Below are positions 1-9,326 of a DNA stretch of 34,822 bases, in pieces. How positions within the stretch are numbered: position 1 is the first letter of the stretch; every line of letters begins with the position of its first letter. The position numbers and the translations under genes are program-made. Origin of the DNA: Candidatus Bathyarchaeia archaeon (GTDB lineage Archaea > Thermoproteota > Bathyarchaeia > RBG-16-48-13 > GCA-020355125); NCBI GenBank assembly GCA_036446055.1, contig JAZFSF010000155.1, forward strand, positions 1 to 34,822, in the 5' to 3' direction. The notes below the pieces were generated by a model. That model searched no databases. It saw only the letters and a list, made by a program, of their open reading frames with translations, and was not told the origin of the DNA.

Positions 1-458
1 TGCTGCCTTGCAGTGTAACATTGAGTCTTATTTCGAGGTGATTACAAAATGTTTCTGCGGCGTTGCTTAATCCTTTTCGCAATTTTATGCAATACTTCTG
101 GTATTACATTAGCTTGCTAGGTTCATGATTATACTTTTAAGATTAAATATGTAAAATAAAGTAGTTAGCCAAATCGATGAAACTCCTAGGATAATTCATT
201 TAAGATCCATAACTCACAAATATCTAATGAAAAATCTTTGTGAAAGTGTTTGGGTTTCTGGAAAAGGCATGACTTATTTTATAATTACCATAGAAAACTT
301 ATAGAAAAAATTGTAAAATAAACAATCTGCTCGCTTCTTGTTGATCGAAGAGAGGTGACTACACGTGCATTCTTTTTATGTCGCGTCATCGATTCGTTCT
401 AAGTGGTGAATGTGTGTTGATGTGCATTCAACGAATGATGACTAGGTTTTTCAGTTGC

Positions 459-1031
459 CTACTTGTTTCCGTGGATAGCATTTTTGCGACGGGCACGTAT
501 CTTTTGAAGTCCTTCCAGAACTTCTTTATTCAATGAGGCTTCTCCTATTTTATGGGTTTCTGGTTCGTCAATTTGTAAGATTGCTGACAACGCTTCGGGG
601 TCGAGTTCACCAACCAATGTTAACAGCTCTCGTTTCGCCGAGTTCAAATGGTTTTTCAACGCGACCCGGTCCTTCTTCAAACTGCCGGCAAGTGAACAGA
701 TCCGTTCGAATTTTAAGTAAAACTTGATCTTGCCCGTTTTTAGATTAATGTCGAAGGTAATCGGTCCAGCGACACAGGTTTCTGGCTTAACGACATATAT
801 CTGGCATTTTCGTGTTTTCTCGTCAAAGAAGATGCAGAAGCCATCATCCGTTTCTTGAGGAAAGACGTATTCTGTCGTTTCAAAGAATTTATCAATCCTC
901 AGGTCTCGAGCTAAGCAGTATTCCTCGATAAGCTTTCTTCGTTTCTGTGTAATAGGTGGTCTCGCGTTTTGACAACAGCAAGATTTACAGGTACTGCATA
1001 TCAAAAAATAATTCTTTTGCCTTTGCTTCAT
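459..1031 (-). CDS. YkgJ/UPF0153-type cysteine-cluster protein (CxxCxxCC family), function unknown
   Basis: 190-aa ORF. N-terminal CSTCKSCCC cluster plus later Cys residues (FCIFFDEKTRKCQIY, ETCVAGP), typical of the putative Zn/Fe-chelating CxxCxxCC family. TAG stop. Confidence 0.6.
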   Translation of the reverse strand: MKQRQKNYFLICSTCKSCCCQNARPPITQKRRKLIEEYCLARDLRIDKFFETTEYVFPQETDDGFCIFFDEKTRKCQIYVVKPETCVAGPITFDINLKTGKIKFYLKFERICSLAGSLKKDRVALKNHLNSAKRELLTLVGELDPEALSAILQIDEPETHKIGEASLNKEVLEGLQKIRARRKNAIHGNK

Positions 1032-1438
1032 AGACCAACCCTTTTGCGTTCGTTAGGCGGCGTTGCATCTGATAAAGGTAAGGTTTTTTCAATATTCGAT
1101 GCAAACCCTTCATGTTCTTCTTATGAGGGAAAATTGAGGCAAGTCGGTACAGTTTCTAAACGAATCTTGGCGGCTCTCTGGTTCAAGCTAGCTAGTAAAT
1201 GCTACGAGCAAGAATAAATAATCGGGGGTGATGGAGCTTCAGAACGCTGAAATATCCATAAACACTAAGTCTGCAATTAACAGAGCTAGCTAAATATGTC
1301 CAACAATATTCTTAGAAATCCATAGAATAATATTCTCCTTCATATATTTTCTAGATGAGTCAGACATTTTAAACATTTTACTACGCTATAGGTAGCCTAT
1401 TACTGCTCTATAGCTAAAGAGGATATTTGCTTCACACT

Positions 1439-1568
1439 TTTGGATAGAATTTGGATAAATTTAAGATGAATTGAGGACGAAATTTGGACATAATTTGGAT
1501 GAAAAGTGGATAATTTGAAATGCACCTAAGACAAAAATTCAAGAAGTTAGGAAACAACTGTTGGATAC
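1439..1568 (+). repeat. Array of 5-6 same-orientation copies of an AATTTGGAYA-like decamer
   Basis: Read directly: TTTGGATA 1439-1446, AATTTGGATA 1448-1457, AATTTGGACA 1481-1490, AATTTGGATG 1492-1501, AAGTGGATAA 1503-1512, TTGGATAC 1561-1568. Neighbouring copies are spaced 9-11 bp apart. Confidence 0.6.
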
Positions 1569-1890
1569 AATACTAGCTAGCCTTAAGGAAGCTATTTATT
1601 CCTTTAGTGATTGCATTTGGTGTATTCTTCTCTTTTGGGTTGTTAGAGATATAGCTGATAAGAGATGAGTGGCAGCTAACTCCTAACGGCTTTCTTTCTC
1701 CAACTTGTGAACATGCGTGACCTCAACATGTCAAGAAACCTAGAAACAAAGGTGTCACTGGAGAACAAGCATATTAACCTGATATCGATACCATTTTACG
1801 TATCACAGGCGGAACAAGCGACCCATTTCCAGATACTGGTTCACAAGGCGAGGATGATAAATTGATTTCTAATCATGTTGGTGCAGTGGA

Positions 1891-3222
1891 ATGATTCGAC
1901 TGAAGTACGATCGGGGGAGCATTCTTCTGGAGGGAGAAGTGGGGACGCCATACGGCCAGTGGGATCCTAGGGTGGACGCCTTTCGGGCCATGGCCCTTTA
2001 CTACCCAGATATCTTGGAGTATCTGAATCGAAGTCATCTCCCTATCCAAGATGAGGTGGCGGATCCCTTGCCGACCCCACCTCTAACGTCTGAAGTGGAG
2101 CTCAGGCCTTACCAGCAGGAGGCCTTGGAGGCGTGGCTGGATGCCGGACGTCGCGGTGTTATAGAACTTCCAACGGGAGCTGGAAAGACGTACATCGCCT
2201 TGAAGGCAATGGAGCAGTTGAATGTCTCAACCCTCGTTGTGGTTCCGACCCTGGATCTGGTTGATCAATGGAGGCGGCAACTCAAATTTTACTTCCACGT
2301 AGAGGCGGGGATGGTGGGCGGCGGGAAAGCGGTGGTGAAGCCATTGACGGTCTCAACCTATAACTCAGCCTACCTCCGAGGAGAACAACTTGGCAACAGG
2401 TTCCTCTTCATAGTCTTCGACGAAGTGCATCACCTTCCCGCACCCAGCTACATGCAGATTGCGGAGATGTACATCGCACCCAACCGTCTCGGGCTGACAG
2501 CCACTTACGAGCGGGAGGACGACGCTCACATGGAACTTCCCAGACTGATTGGTGGTCGCGTCTATAGACTGGGTGTCGACGCCCTCACAGGTAGGCACCT
2601 CTCACCATACACTCTCGAGACAGTTTTAGTGGATCTTACCCCAGAGGAAAGAGAGATTTACGAGCGGGAGTACAAGGTCTACACTGGATACTTGAAGCGA
2701 AAGAACATCCACCTACGTAGTCCACGAGACTTCCAGCACTTCATCATGTCCACAGGAAGAAACCTCGAAGCCCGGAAAGCGCTTCTCGCTAGGAACCGGG
2801 CCATCGAGGTTGCCCTAAACGCCCAGTCCAAGATCCAGGTTCTGGCTGATCTTCTCAAGGCATATTCGGACGAGAAAGCCCTCATCTTCACCCGACACAA
2901 CAGCCTCGTCTACCGTATAAGCCGACGATTCCTAATCCCCGCCATCACCTATCAGACGCCGAAAGAGGAGCGAAAAAACGTGCTAGAGGAGTTTAGGAAA
3001 GGGGGGTATCGGGTCGTCGTCACCAGTCAGGTGCTAGACGAGGGAATAGATGTGCCAGATGCTTCCATGGCCTTCATCATCAGTGGAACCGGTAGTAGTC
3101 GAGAGTATATCCAGCGTCTTGGTCGAATCCTTCGAAAGCAGAAGGGAAAGACGGCTAAGCTCTTTGAGCTTGTGACTCGGGATACCTTGGAATCAAGGAT
3201 TAGCCAGAGGAGACACCGGTAA
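1891..3222 (+). CDS. xpb: XPB/Rad25-type superfamily-2 DNA repair helicase
   Basis: 443 aa. Helicase motif I ELPTGAGKT, motif II DEVHHL, RED motif within TATYEREDD, C-terminal QRLGRILR. Immediately followed by a Bax1-like gene. Confidence 0.85.
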   Translation: MIRLKYDRGSILLEGEVGTPYGQWDPRVDAFRAMALYYPDILEYLNRSHLPIQDEVADPLPTPPLTSEVELRPYQQEALEAWLDAGRRGVIELPTGAGKTYIALKAMEQLNVSTLVVVPTLDLVDQWRRQLKFYFHVEAGMVGGGKAVVKPLTVSTYNSAYLRGEQLGNRFLFIVFDEVHHLPAPSYMQIAEMYIAPNRLGLTATYEREDDAHMELPRLIGGRVYRLGVDALTGRHLSPYTLETVLVDLTPEEREIYEREYKVYTGYLKRKNIHLRSPRDFQHFIMSTGRNLEARKALLARNRAIEVALNAQSKIQVLADLLKAYSDEKALIFTRHNSLVYRISRRFLIPAITYQTPKEERKNVLEEFRKGGYRVVVTSQVLDEGIDVPDASMAFIISGTGSSREYIQRLGRILRKQKGKTAKLFELVTRDTLESRISQRRHR

Positions 3223-3237
3223 CAGGAGGAGTTTAAC

Positions 3238-4806
3238 ATGTTGCCCAGTAATCTATTGGTGGCGAGGAAGTACAGGGACACTATCTACCCTGTCTACGCT
3301 AAGCTAAACGACGTGAATCTGGTTCTTGCTGAGAGGCTGATTCAAGCTTTCAATGATCACCTGATGAAGAGGAAGAGGGAGGTGGAGGAAGCGATAGCGG
3401 GGTTGGAGGAGCAGGGATACGATTACCGCTTTGTGCGCGGTCTCGCCGTGTTACTGGAGCGACGGTGTCAATTCGAAGTCGAAGCCTCTGTCAACCCTAG
3501 GACCCTTCGCAGCAGACTTTTCCACGTAACGTCGAAGGAGGGTGTCCCATCCACTTTACATGAACGTTGGAGGCTTATGATTGAAGAAGCCAAAAGTCAC
3601 GGCATATCCATCCAAGAGGTGGAGAATTCCCTTTACGCCGATCTTGACGAGGAACTCGTTCTCACGGCGTTCAACCCCATCGACGCCGACGCTTTGGTTC
3701 GACGATACAACCTCAGCTTAACCCAGACTCTCCTCTTCCGGTCGTCGGAGATGGAGTTCACAGCCTCCGGGAATTGGCAGCGGATTTTCCGGGGGATACG
3801 TTGGCTCGGTCTCATCTACACTATCCAGAGACAGAGGGAGGATTACTGGGTCAAAGTTGATGGGCCTATCTCCCTCTTCAAGCTCGGTCACCGATATGGG
3901 AGTCGTCTGGCCCAGATTGTTCCTCATATCATTGCCTCACGGGACTGGAGTATCCGAGCCAAGGTCCTTAGGCGGCAAAGCGACCGGCAACTCCTCAATC
4001 TGAAGTTGGACAGCCGTAAACATGGCGTTTTCCTGAAAAAGGACGAATCAGGGATTAAAGAGGCTTATGACAGCCTTGTAGAGGAAGATTTTGGTCAGCG
4101 ATTCAACGCTCTTCGTAGTGGCTGGTGTCTGACCCGGGAGCCAGGACCCCTCTCAGTGGGTCGATATGTGATGCTTCCTGACTTTCTCTTTGAGAAGAAA
4201 GGGATACGGGTGTATATGGAGATAGCTGGTTTCTGGACGCCTGAGTATCTCCGACACAAGTTGAGGCAACTCGAAGGAGTAGAGAACGTGGACATGATTG
4301 TTGCTGCGGACAGGTCTAACGCGTGTCAACAACTGGATCGTCTGGGACGACGGTTTAAAATCATCTACTATAAAAGAAAGGTTCCCCTCCGCCCCATCCT
4401 CGACTACTTGAACTCCAAGGAGGCTGTGTTGCGTGAGACTCAGCGCAAACATCTTCGAGACCGAGAGTTGAAGGTTGAGGGACCTGTTACGACGACTGCG
4501 GACATCGCAGAGCAGCTTGATGTCTTGGAGGAGGCGGTGAAGGACGTGCTTCAGGAACGGCGAATACCGGGATACCGTTTTTTGGGTGATGTGCTCATCA
4601 GTGAGGTAACGTTGAATCTGATTGAGGAACGGTTGACTCAGAGAATTGAGGAAGGGGTCCTTACCTTGAACGAGGCGACACAGCTTATAGAAGAGTTGGG
4701 TGGTGTCAGACCAACCAGGATTCTTGAAGTGCTGGGCTACGTTATCGAGTGGCATGGAATAGATCCAACTAAGGCAAGAATCCGCAGAGAACCAGGTGTC
4801 ACTTGA
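3238..4806 (+). CDS. bax1: Bax1 (DUF790) endonuclease, XPB partner
   Basis: 522 aa, starts 16 nt after xpb. C-terminal nuclease-like segment MLPDFLFEKKGIRVYMEIAGFWTPEYL. The XPB-Bax1 gene pairing is well established in archaea. Confidence 0.8.
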   Translation: MLPSNLLVARKYRDTIYPVYAKLNDVNLVLAERLIQAFNDHLMKRKREVEEAIAGLEEQGYDYRFVRGLAVLLERRCQFEVEASVNPRTLRSRLFHVTSKEGVPSTLHERWRLMIEEAKSHGISIQEVENSLYADLDEELVLTAFNPIDADALVRRYNLSLTQTLLFRSSEMEFTASGNWQRIFRGIRWLGLIYTIQRQREDYWVKVDGPISLFKLGHRYGSRLAQIVPHIIASRDWSIRAKVLRRQSDRQLLNLKLDSRKHGVFLKKDESGIKEAYDSLVEEDFGQRFNALRSGWCLTREPGPLSVGRYVMLPDFLFEKKGIRVYMEIAGFWTPEYLRHKLRQLEGVENVDMIVAADRSNACQQLDRLGRRFKIIYYKRKVPLRPILDYLNSKEAVLRETQRKHLRDRELKVEGPVTTTADIAEQLDVLEEAVKDVLQERRIPGYRFLGDVLISEVTLNLIEERLTQRIEEGVLTLNEATQLIEELGGVRPTRILEVLGYVIEWHGIDPTKARIRREPGVT

Positions 4807-4869
4807 TAAGTTTGCAGAGTTCTAACTGTTTTAGCTAGTCGTCCTTTCTTCTCTCTTGATATATTATCC

Positions 4870-4876
4870 TTTTTTT
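4870..4876 (+). terminator. T7 tract downstream of bax1 (archaeal oligo-T terminator candidate)
   Basis: CCTTTTTTTCTGG lies about 64 nt after the bax1 stop. Archaeal RNA polymerase terminates at T-tracts. Confidence 0.35.
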
Positions 4877-5029
4877 CTGGGCGATTGTTATGCTATTTTC
4901 TGATTTTTGATTATCGAAGGTGGTGGTAAGCTCCAGATGACGCAACAGAAAATGGTTTACAAACACGTGTAGATTAAACGAACGATTCATTATGTTATTG
5001 TCTAGTTTTTATCCTTTAAATGGGACGCG

Positions 5030-5248
5030 ATGACGAGTAAAGGCGTGGAAGCAGGTATCTCCTATCACTGGAATTGGGAAAAAGAAGTAGAGCGAATGTT
5101 GTCAACAGTTGCTAAAGTACTGGAAAATACCTTTGAGACTATCAAAGAAAGCACACGAAAATAGACCACGAGAGACCCTGTCGTCTGTTCAGACTGCGGA
5201 GGAAAAAATCTGAATGACTCGAGATTCTGCTAGGCCTTTGGTCAGTAA
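5030..5248 (+). pseudogene. Decayed small zinc-ribbon ORF with two in-frame TAG stops
   Basis: One frame reads MTSKGVEAGISYHWNWEKEVERMLSTVAKVLENTFETIKESTRK*TTRDPVVCSDCGGKNLNDSRFC*AFGQ*. CxxCG...RFC is the first half of a zinc ribbon. The second knuckle, expected as CxxCGQ, is broken by TAG, and TTT sits where TGT would be expected. Confidence 0.25.
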
Positions 5249-5395
5249 ATATGATAAACTGACACCTTCTATCGTCAAGTGAAGTTACTGACGCCTGCCC
5301 CTGTCATCCGGATTTGGAAGCGTGGTCTTGCAAGAGTAAAATCGGAACCTAGATCAGATTGAGTTGAGGCGGGCTTCTTGTCCCTTCCTGTTTTT

Positions 5396-7132
5396 TTATC
5401 TATGGGCGAAGTAGGCCACTATGTGACCGTCGACCTCGTCTATTCTGGCGAATCCGAAGCGTTCAAATTGAATGATGTCTCCCTGCTTCAAAGTTTTACA
5501 TTGGTCTTCGGCTAATCCTTCAACGACGGTGCCGTCGGACAAGACGACTGACGTCTTCACTCCAGTGGCGAAGGGAATCCAGTGGATGAGGGGGACCTTC
5601 AGAGCCTTAGCCTCCCTATATGTCTCGCTGTGATAGTTGGCTTCCACTTCGTCTTGAACTGTCTTCACCTTGATGTTGAACAGTTCCATGAGCCTAATGA
5701 TTTTGTCCTTCTTGAAAAGATTAACGTCCTTCTTTGAAACGTGGAGAATACCCCTAGTTTTTTGTGGGGTAACTTTGAATATTCGATGACCTTTCTCAGG
5801 GTAGTCAGGATGGAGACGTATCTTGACTATGCGGTCTTTGTCTACGTTGTCAATACTTAGCGTTATTGGATTTGATATGAAGAAGAATCGATTGACCAAC
5901 GGGTCCAGTCGTTTCCTATTGATGGATTCGAGGTTGCTCCAGCTGACCTTTACGTCAACGGGTTTAGGACCTAAATCATTGATGAATTGGCGGATGGTTT
6001 GGGGGAGGAATCCCCTTCTTTTTAGAGCCTTCAATGTTCCTAATCGTGGGTCGTCCCAACCTGAATAAGAGCCTTCAAGGATGCCAGTTCTGATCTTTGA
6101 TTTGCTGAGCTCGGTTCCTTGAATTTTTAATCGACCATAGTGAATGGCTTCCTGTTGGCTCCATCCTAGATAGTCGTAGAGGAAGCTCACACGCACCGAG
6201 TTGGTTAAATGTTCCTTTCCTCGCAAGATGTGGGATACCTCCAATTCGTGGTCGTCGATGCCGCAGCAGAAGGCGAAGAGTGGCCAAACGCGATACGTGT
6301 CTCCAACGCGTGGATGAGGGTACTTCTTCATGTCAATGATCCGTAGGGCAGGCCAATCCCTCACTGCGGGATTGGGGTTATTGAGGTCTGTCTTGATCCG
6401 CACAACCGCCTCCATTTCCCGATATCGTCCGTCGAGCATTCTATTCCATCGGTCTATTTGTTCTTCGGGGGGTAAGTCTCGGCAGGGACACGCTGAATTT
6501 GCGAGGGTCAGGCTTCGGAAGCTTCTGGGTCTGCAGGTACAGACGTAGGCAAAGGATGATTCTATGAGGCGTCTTGCATAGGCGTAGTAAATTTCAATTC
6601 GATCGGATTGATAAATCTCCTGATGCCATGTCACTCCCAGCCATTCAAGGTCTTCTCGAATCCAGTCATAGGCCTCCAGTATGGGCGATTTGGTTCGAGG
6701 ATCAGTGTCATCAAACCTCAAGGTGAGGCGACCGTGATACATTTTTGCGTACTCGTCGTCGAGCACTGCGGCTCTACATCCACCCAGGTGTAAGGCTCCG
6801 TCCGGGTTTGGACAGAAACGCAGGTGGATGAAGGGATACTTGTCCGCGTTTGGGAGGGGAGGAAGTCGCTTTTCTTCTGGTTTAGCTTTTTTTTCTTCGA
6901 GGAGACTTGGCCATTTTTCTTCAATGACTTGTCTTTGTTTGTCTGGTGGAAGCTTGTTTACGTCGTTCACAACGGCGTGGATTAATTGAAGGACGGATTT
7001 AATTTCGTGTTTTAGTTCCGGTTTTTCAGCTAATACCTTGCCTAGAACAGACCCAGCTCTTGCTTTGCCTCCATATTGGAGAGCGTTATACAGGGTAAAC
7101 CTCCGCACGAGTTCTCTCAAGTCGTCATCCAA
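5396..7132 (-). CDS. gltX: Glutamyl-tRNA synthetase, archaeal type
   Basis: 578 aa. Class-I signature region FCPNPDGALHLGGCRAAV (HIGH variant HLGG) and an LSKSK (KMSKS-type) motif. TTG start preceded by AGGAGG. Confidence 0.88.
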   Translation of the reverse strand: MDDDLRELVRRFTLYNALQYGGKARAGSVLGKVLAEKPELKHEIKSVLQLIHAVVNDVNKLPPDKQRQVIEEKWPSLLEEKKAKPEEKRLPPLPNADKYPFIHLRFCPNPDGALHLGGCRAAVLDDEYAKMYHGRLTLRFDDTDPRTKSPILEAYDWIREDLEWLGVTWHQEIYQSDRIEIYYAYARRLIESSFAYVCTCRPRSFRSLTLANSACPCRDLPPEEQIDRWNRMLDGRYREMEAVVRIKTDLNNPNPAVRDWPALRIIDMKKYPHPRVGDTYRVWPLFAFCCGIDDHELEVSHILRGKEHLTNSVRVSFLYDYLGWSQQEAIHYGRLKIQGTELSKSKIRTGILEGSYSGWDDPRLGTLKALKRRGFLPQTIRQFINDLGPKPVDVKVSWSNLESINRKRLDPLVNRFFFISNPITLSIDNVDKDRIVKIRLHPDYPEKGHRIFKVTPQKTRGILHVSKKDVNLFKKDKIIRLMELFNIKVKTVQDEVEANYHSETYREAKALKVPLIHWIPFATGVKTSVVLSDGTVVEGLAEDQCKTLKQGDIIQFERFGFARIDEVDGHIVAYFAHR

Positions 7133-7227
7133 AGATATTATCCTCCTTTCGTGGAGCGTGGAAGGTACGGGTTACGTTTGAACGGGTCGTTCAATCTCGT
7201 CTTCAACCTGTAGTCAATAGCATCTCT

Positions 7228-8232
7228 CTAATACTTTCTGGACAATATGTAATCAGCGAGATTTAGAAGGGTTTCCTTTGTCTGGGATGGTGGGAATGGG
7301 GAGAGTTGATGCTTAGCTTTTACGACGAGTTGTTCAGCCTTTTTATAAGCGTAGTCAAGGGAGCCTAGGGAGTGAATTATTTGACTCACCTCTTCAATCT
7401 CTGTAGGGGTGGCGTCTTCGTGACCAAGAACCGAGTACATTTGTTTTCGCTCGGTTTCCGTGGCGTGGTTAAGGGCGTGAATCAGGATTAAGGTTCTTTT
7501 TCCCTCGCGAATGTCGCTGCCCACGGGTTTTCCAAGAATCTTCTCGTCTGCGGTTATCCCTAGATAGTCATCTATCACCTGAAAGGCGAGACCTGAATAA
7601 TAGGCATATTGTCCAAGGAGCCTCACTTGAGCGGCTTTGCCGCCTCCTACGATGGCGCCAACTTTCGTCGACGTTTCAAGGAGACCCGCTGTTTTTTTCG
7701 TAATCATGGTAAAATATTCTTCCTCTGAGATCAGTTCCCTCTTCTCAAAGATTATGTCGAGGGCTTGCCCTTCACAGATTGAGATGGTTGCCTCTGTGAT
7801 TAGGCTTAGGATCTTCAATATACGCTTTAGCGAAACTTTACTTGATTTTAGGGAGGAGAGAACGGCTTCATAGGCTTTGGCATACAACATGTCTCCCGCG
7901 GATATGGCGATGGGTATCCCCCAAAGTGTGTGAACCGTCGGTTTACCCCGACGTTTATCATCGCTGTCCATGATGTCGTCGTGGACGAGAGTGAATGTGT
8001 GAAGGAGTTCAACGGCTGCGGCCATGGGTAATGCATCTTCTCGTTCGCCGCCCACTAACTCACAGGCCTTTAGGACTAGGAAGGGTCGAAGTCTTTTACC
8101 TCCTGCATCGATGAGGTGTTTGGAAGCGTCATATAGCTTTGTGGGTTCAAGTCGGTCATCAAACAGTTTGTTGATGGCTTGATTTACTTCTTTTGACGCC
8201 ACTGATAAATCTTTCAACATTTTTTGACTCAT
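7228..8232 (-). CDS. idsA: Geranylgeranyl diphosphate (polyprenyl) synthase
   Basis: 334 aa. First Asp-rich motif LVHDDIMDSDDKRRG and second Asp-rich motif QVIDDYLG. ATGA overlap with the upstream fni stop. Confidence 0.85.
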   Translation of the reverse strand: MSQKMLKDLSVASKEVNQAINKLFDDRLEPTKLYDASKHLIDAGGKRLRPFLVLKACELVGGEREDALPMAAAVELLHTFTLVHDDIMDSDDKRRGKPTVHTLWGIPIAISAGDMLYAKAYEAVLSSLKSSKVSLKRILKILSLITEATISICEGQALDIIFEKRELISEEEYFTMITKKTAGLLETSTKVGAIVGGGKAAQVRLLGQYAYYSGLAFQVIDDYLGITADEKILGKPVGSDIREGKRTLILIHALNHATETERKQMYSVLGHEDATPTEIEEVSQIIHSLGSLDYAYKKAEQLVVKAKHQLSPFPPSQTKETLLNLADYILSRKY

Positions 8233-9320
8233 GCCTTTTTCCTCCGTGCAATATTCTCAGGGTGAAATCCTCGTGCTTCCAACCATTGAGCCGTTTTGCC
8301 GACAATGACTGCTGGAGAAGCCTTCAGCTCTTCAATTGACTTTGCACCCATCAGAAACATCGCCGTTTTTAGTTCCTGCAGTAATCTATCCAACGCCTCT
8401 TTCACATTACCTTCTACAGCTGGCCTTAAAAGGTGGAAGGCATACCCTGCTGCGTCGGCTCCGATAGTGATGGCCTTGGCTGCATCGACTCCACTTCGTA
8501 GGCCTCCAGAGGCTATGACTTCCAGGTCAACGCTTTGGCTTACTTCGACGACACTTATTGCCGTTGGAAGCCCCCAATCCCGAAAGGTCTCTCCCAAACT
8601 TACACGAAGGCGGTTGCCTACTGCTTGAGCTCGATATGCTTCTATTGCAGCCCAGCTTGTTCCGCCAGCGCCAGCTACGTCTATTCCTCTCACTCCTACG
8701 CCTTCGAGAAGCTGCGCTTCTTCCAAGGCGATTCCAGAACCCGTTTCCTTTGCAATGATGGGGATGGAGAGGGAAGACGCTAGTTCTTCCACCTTATCTA
8801 AGATCCTATCGTATTTTGGGCTCCCTTCGGGCTGAATGACCTCTTGGAGCGGGTTGAAGTGGATAGCTAAAGCATCGGCTTCGATCATGTCAATGGCACT
8901 TCTAACCTCGTTGAGGCTGTACTCTTTGATTTGTGGGGCTCCTATATTCGCTATCAAAAATGAGTGAGGAGCCTTCTTTCGAACAATTTTGAAGGTGTGC
9001 GCCAACCGCGGGTCTTCTATTGCAGCTCTTTGGCTTCCGACCCCCATAGCTAGACCTAAGATTTCAGCGGCCTCCGCTAGGGTTGCGTTGATTTCAGTTG
9101 CCGCGTCAACGCCACCAGTCATGGCCTCTATGATTATTGGAGCTGATAGCCTGTGACCAAATAATTGTGTGACTAGGTTCACGTCATCCATGGCTACCTC
9201 GGGGAGGGCTCTGTGGATGAGGTGGATGTCTTTAAGGCCTGTTTCGACGTTGTAGGCTTGAACGTTTTCTTCAAGGCATATCCTGATGTGGTCGCCTTTT
9301 CGGGTGTTTGTTTCGGTCAA
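8229..9320 (-). CDS. fni: Isopentenyl-diphosphate delta-isomerase, type 2 (FMN-dependent)
   Basis: 363 aa TIM-barrel-like sequence. N-terminus RKGDHIRICLEE; glycine-rich segments GIDVAGAGGTSWA and ASGGLRSGVD, typical of IDI-2. TTG start. Confidence 0.88.
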   Translation of the reverse strand: MTETNTRKGDHIRICLEENVQAYNVETGLKDIHLIHRALPEVAMDDVNLVTQLFGHRLSAPIIIEAMTGGVDAATEINATLAEAAEILGLAMGVGSQRAAIEDPRLAHTFKIVRKKAPHSFLIANIGAPQIKEYSLNEVRSAIDMIEADALAIHFNPLQEVIQPEGSPKYDRILDKVEELASSLSIPIIAKETGSGIALEEAQLLEGVGVRGIDVAGAGGTSWAAIEAYRAQAVGNRLRVSLGETFRDWGLPTAISVVEVSQSVDLEVIASGGLRSGVDAAKAITIGADAAGYAFHLLRPAVEGNVKEALDRLLQELKTAMFLMGAKSIEELKASPAVIVGKTAQWLEARGFHPENIARRKKA

Positions 9321-9326
9321 CGCAAT

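Noticed and set aside
435-441. AUGAUGA-like C-box (also TTGATGA at 30498-30504), considered as C/D-box sRNA candidates
   Set aside because: No CUGA D or D' boxes occur at the required spacing, there is no C' box and no terminal pairing. The first site also abuts the 3' end of a CDS.
385-442. Inverted repeat GTCATCGATTCGTT ... AACGAATGATGAC (13 bp with one bulge, 31-nt loop) just downstream of the ykgJ-like stop
   Set aside because: It is real in the sequence but isolated. It is plausibly a 3'-end hairpin, and there is no further evidence for an ncRNA or mobile-element terminus.
969-1217. 82-aa plus-strand ORF overlapping the 5' end of the ykgJ-like gene
   Set aside because: It overlaps a motif-supported gene on the other strand, runs into AT-rich spacer and has no recognisable features.
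1439-1568. Interpretation of the decamer array as a replication origin (ORB/mini-ORB elements)
   Set aside because: It is kept only as a weak alternative. There is no adjacent orc1/cdc6, I could verify no match to ORB consensus, and the repeats are all in one orientation rather than flanking an unwinding element.
1713-1865. 50-aa ATG-initiated ORF just upstream of xpb (MRDLNMSRNLETKVSLENKHINLISIPFYVSQAEQATHFQILVHKARMIN)
   Set aside because: It has no recognisable motif, no Shine-Dalgarno sequence and spacer-like composition. It cannot be supported as a gene without conservation or expression data.
4153-4755. 200-aa minus-strand ORF antisense to bax1, with similar long antisense ORFs at 21617-22126, 24774-25154, 18449-18886, 28410-28712 and 16957-17382
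   Set aside because: Each is fully embedded opposite a gene with clear family motifs. They show no recognisable motifs and have skewed composition, so they are shadow ORFs.
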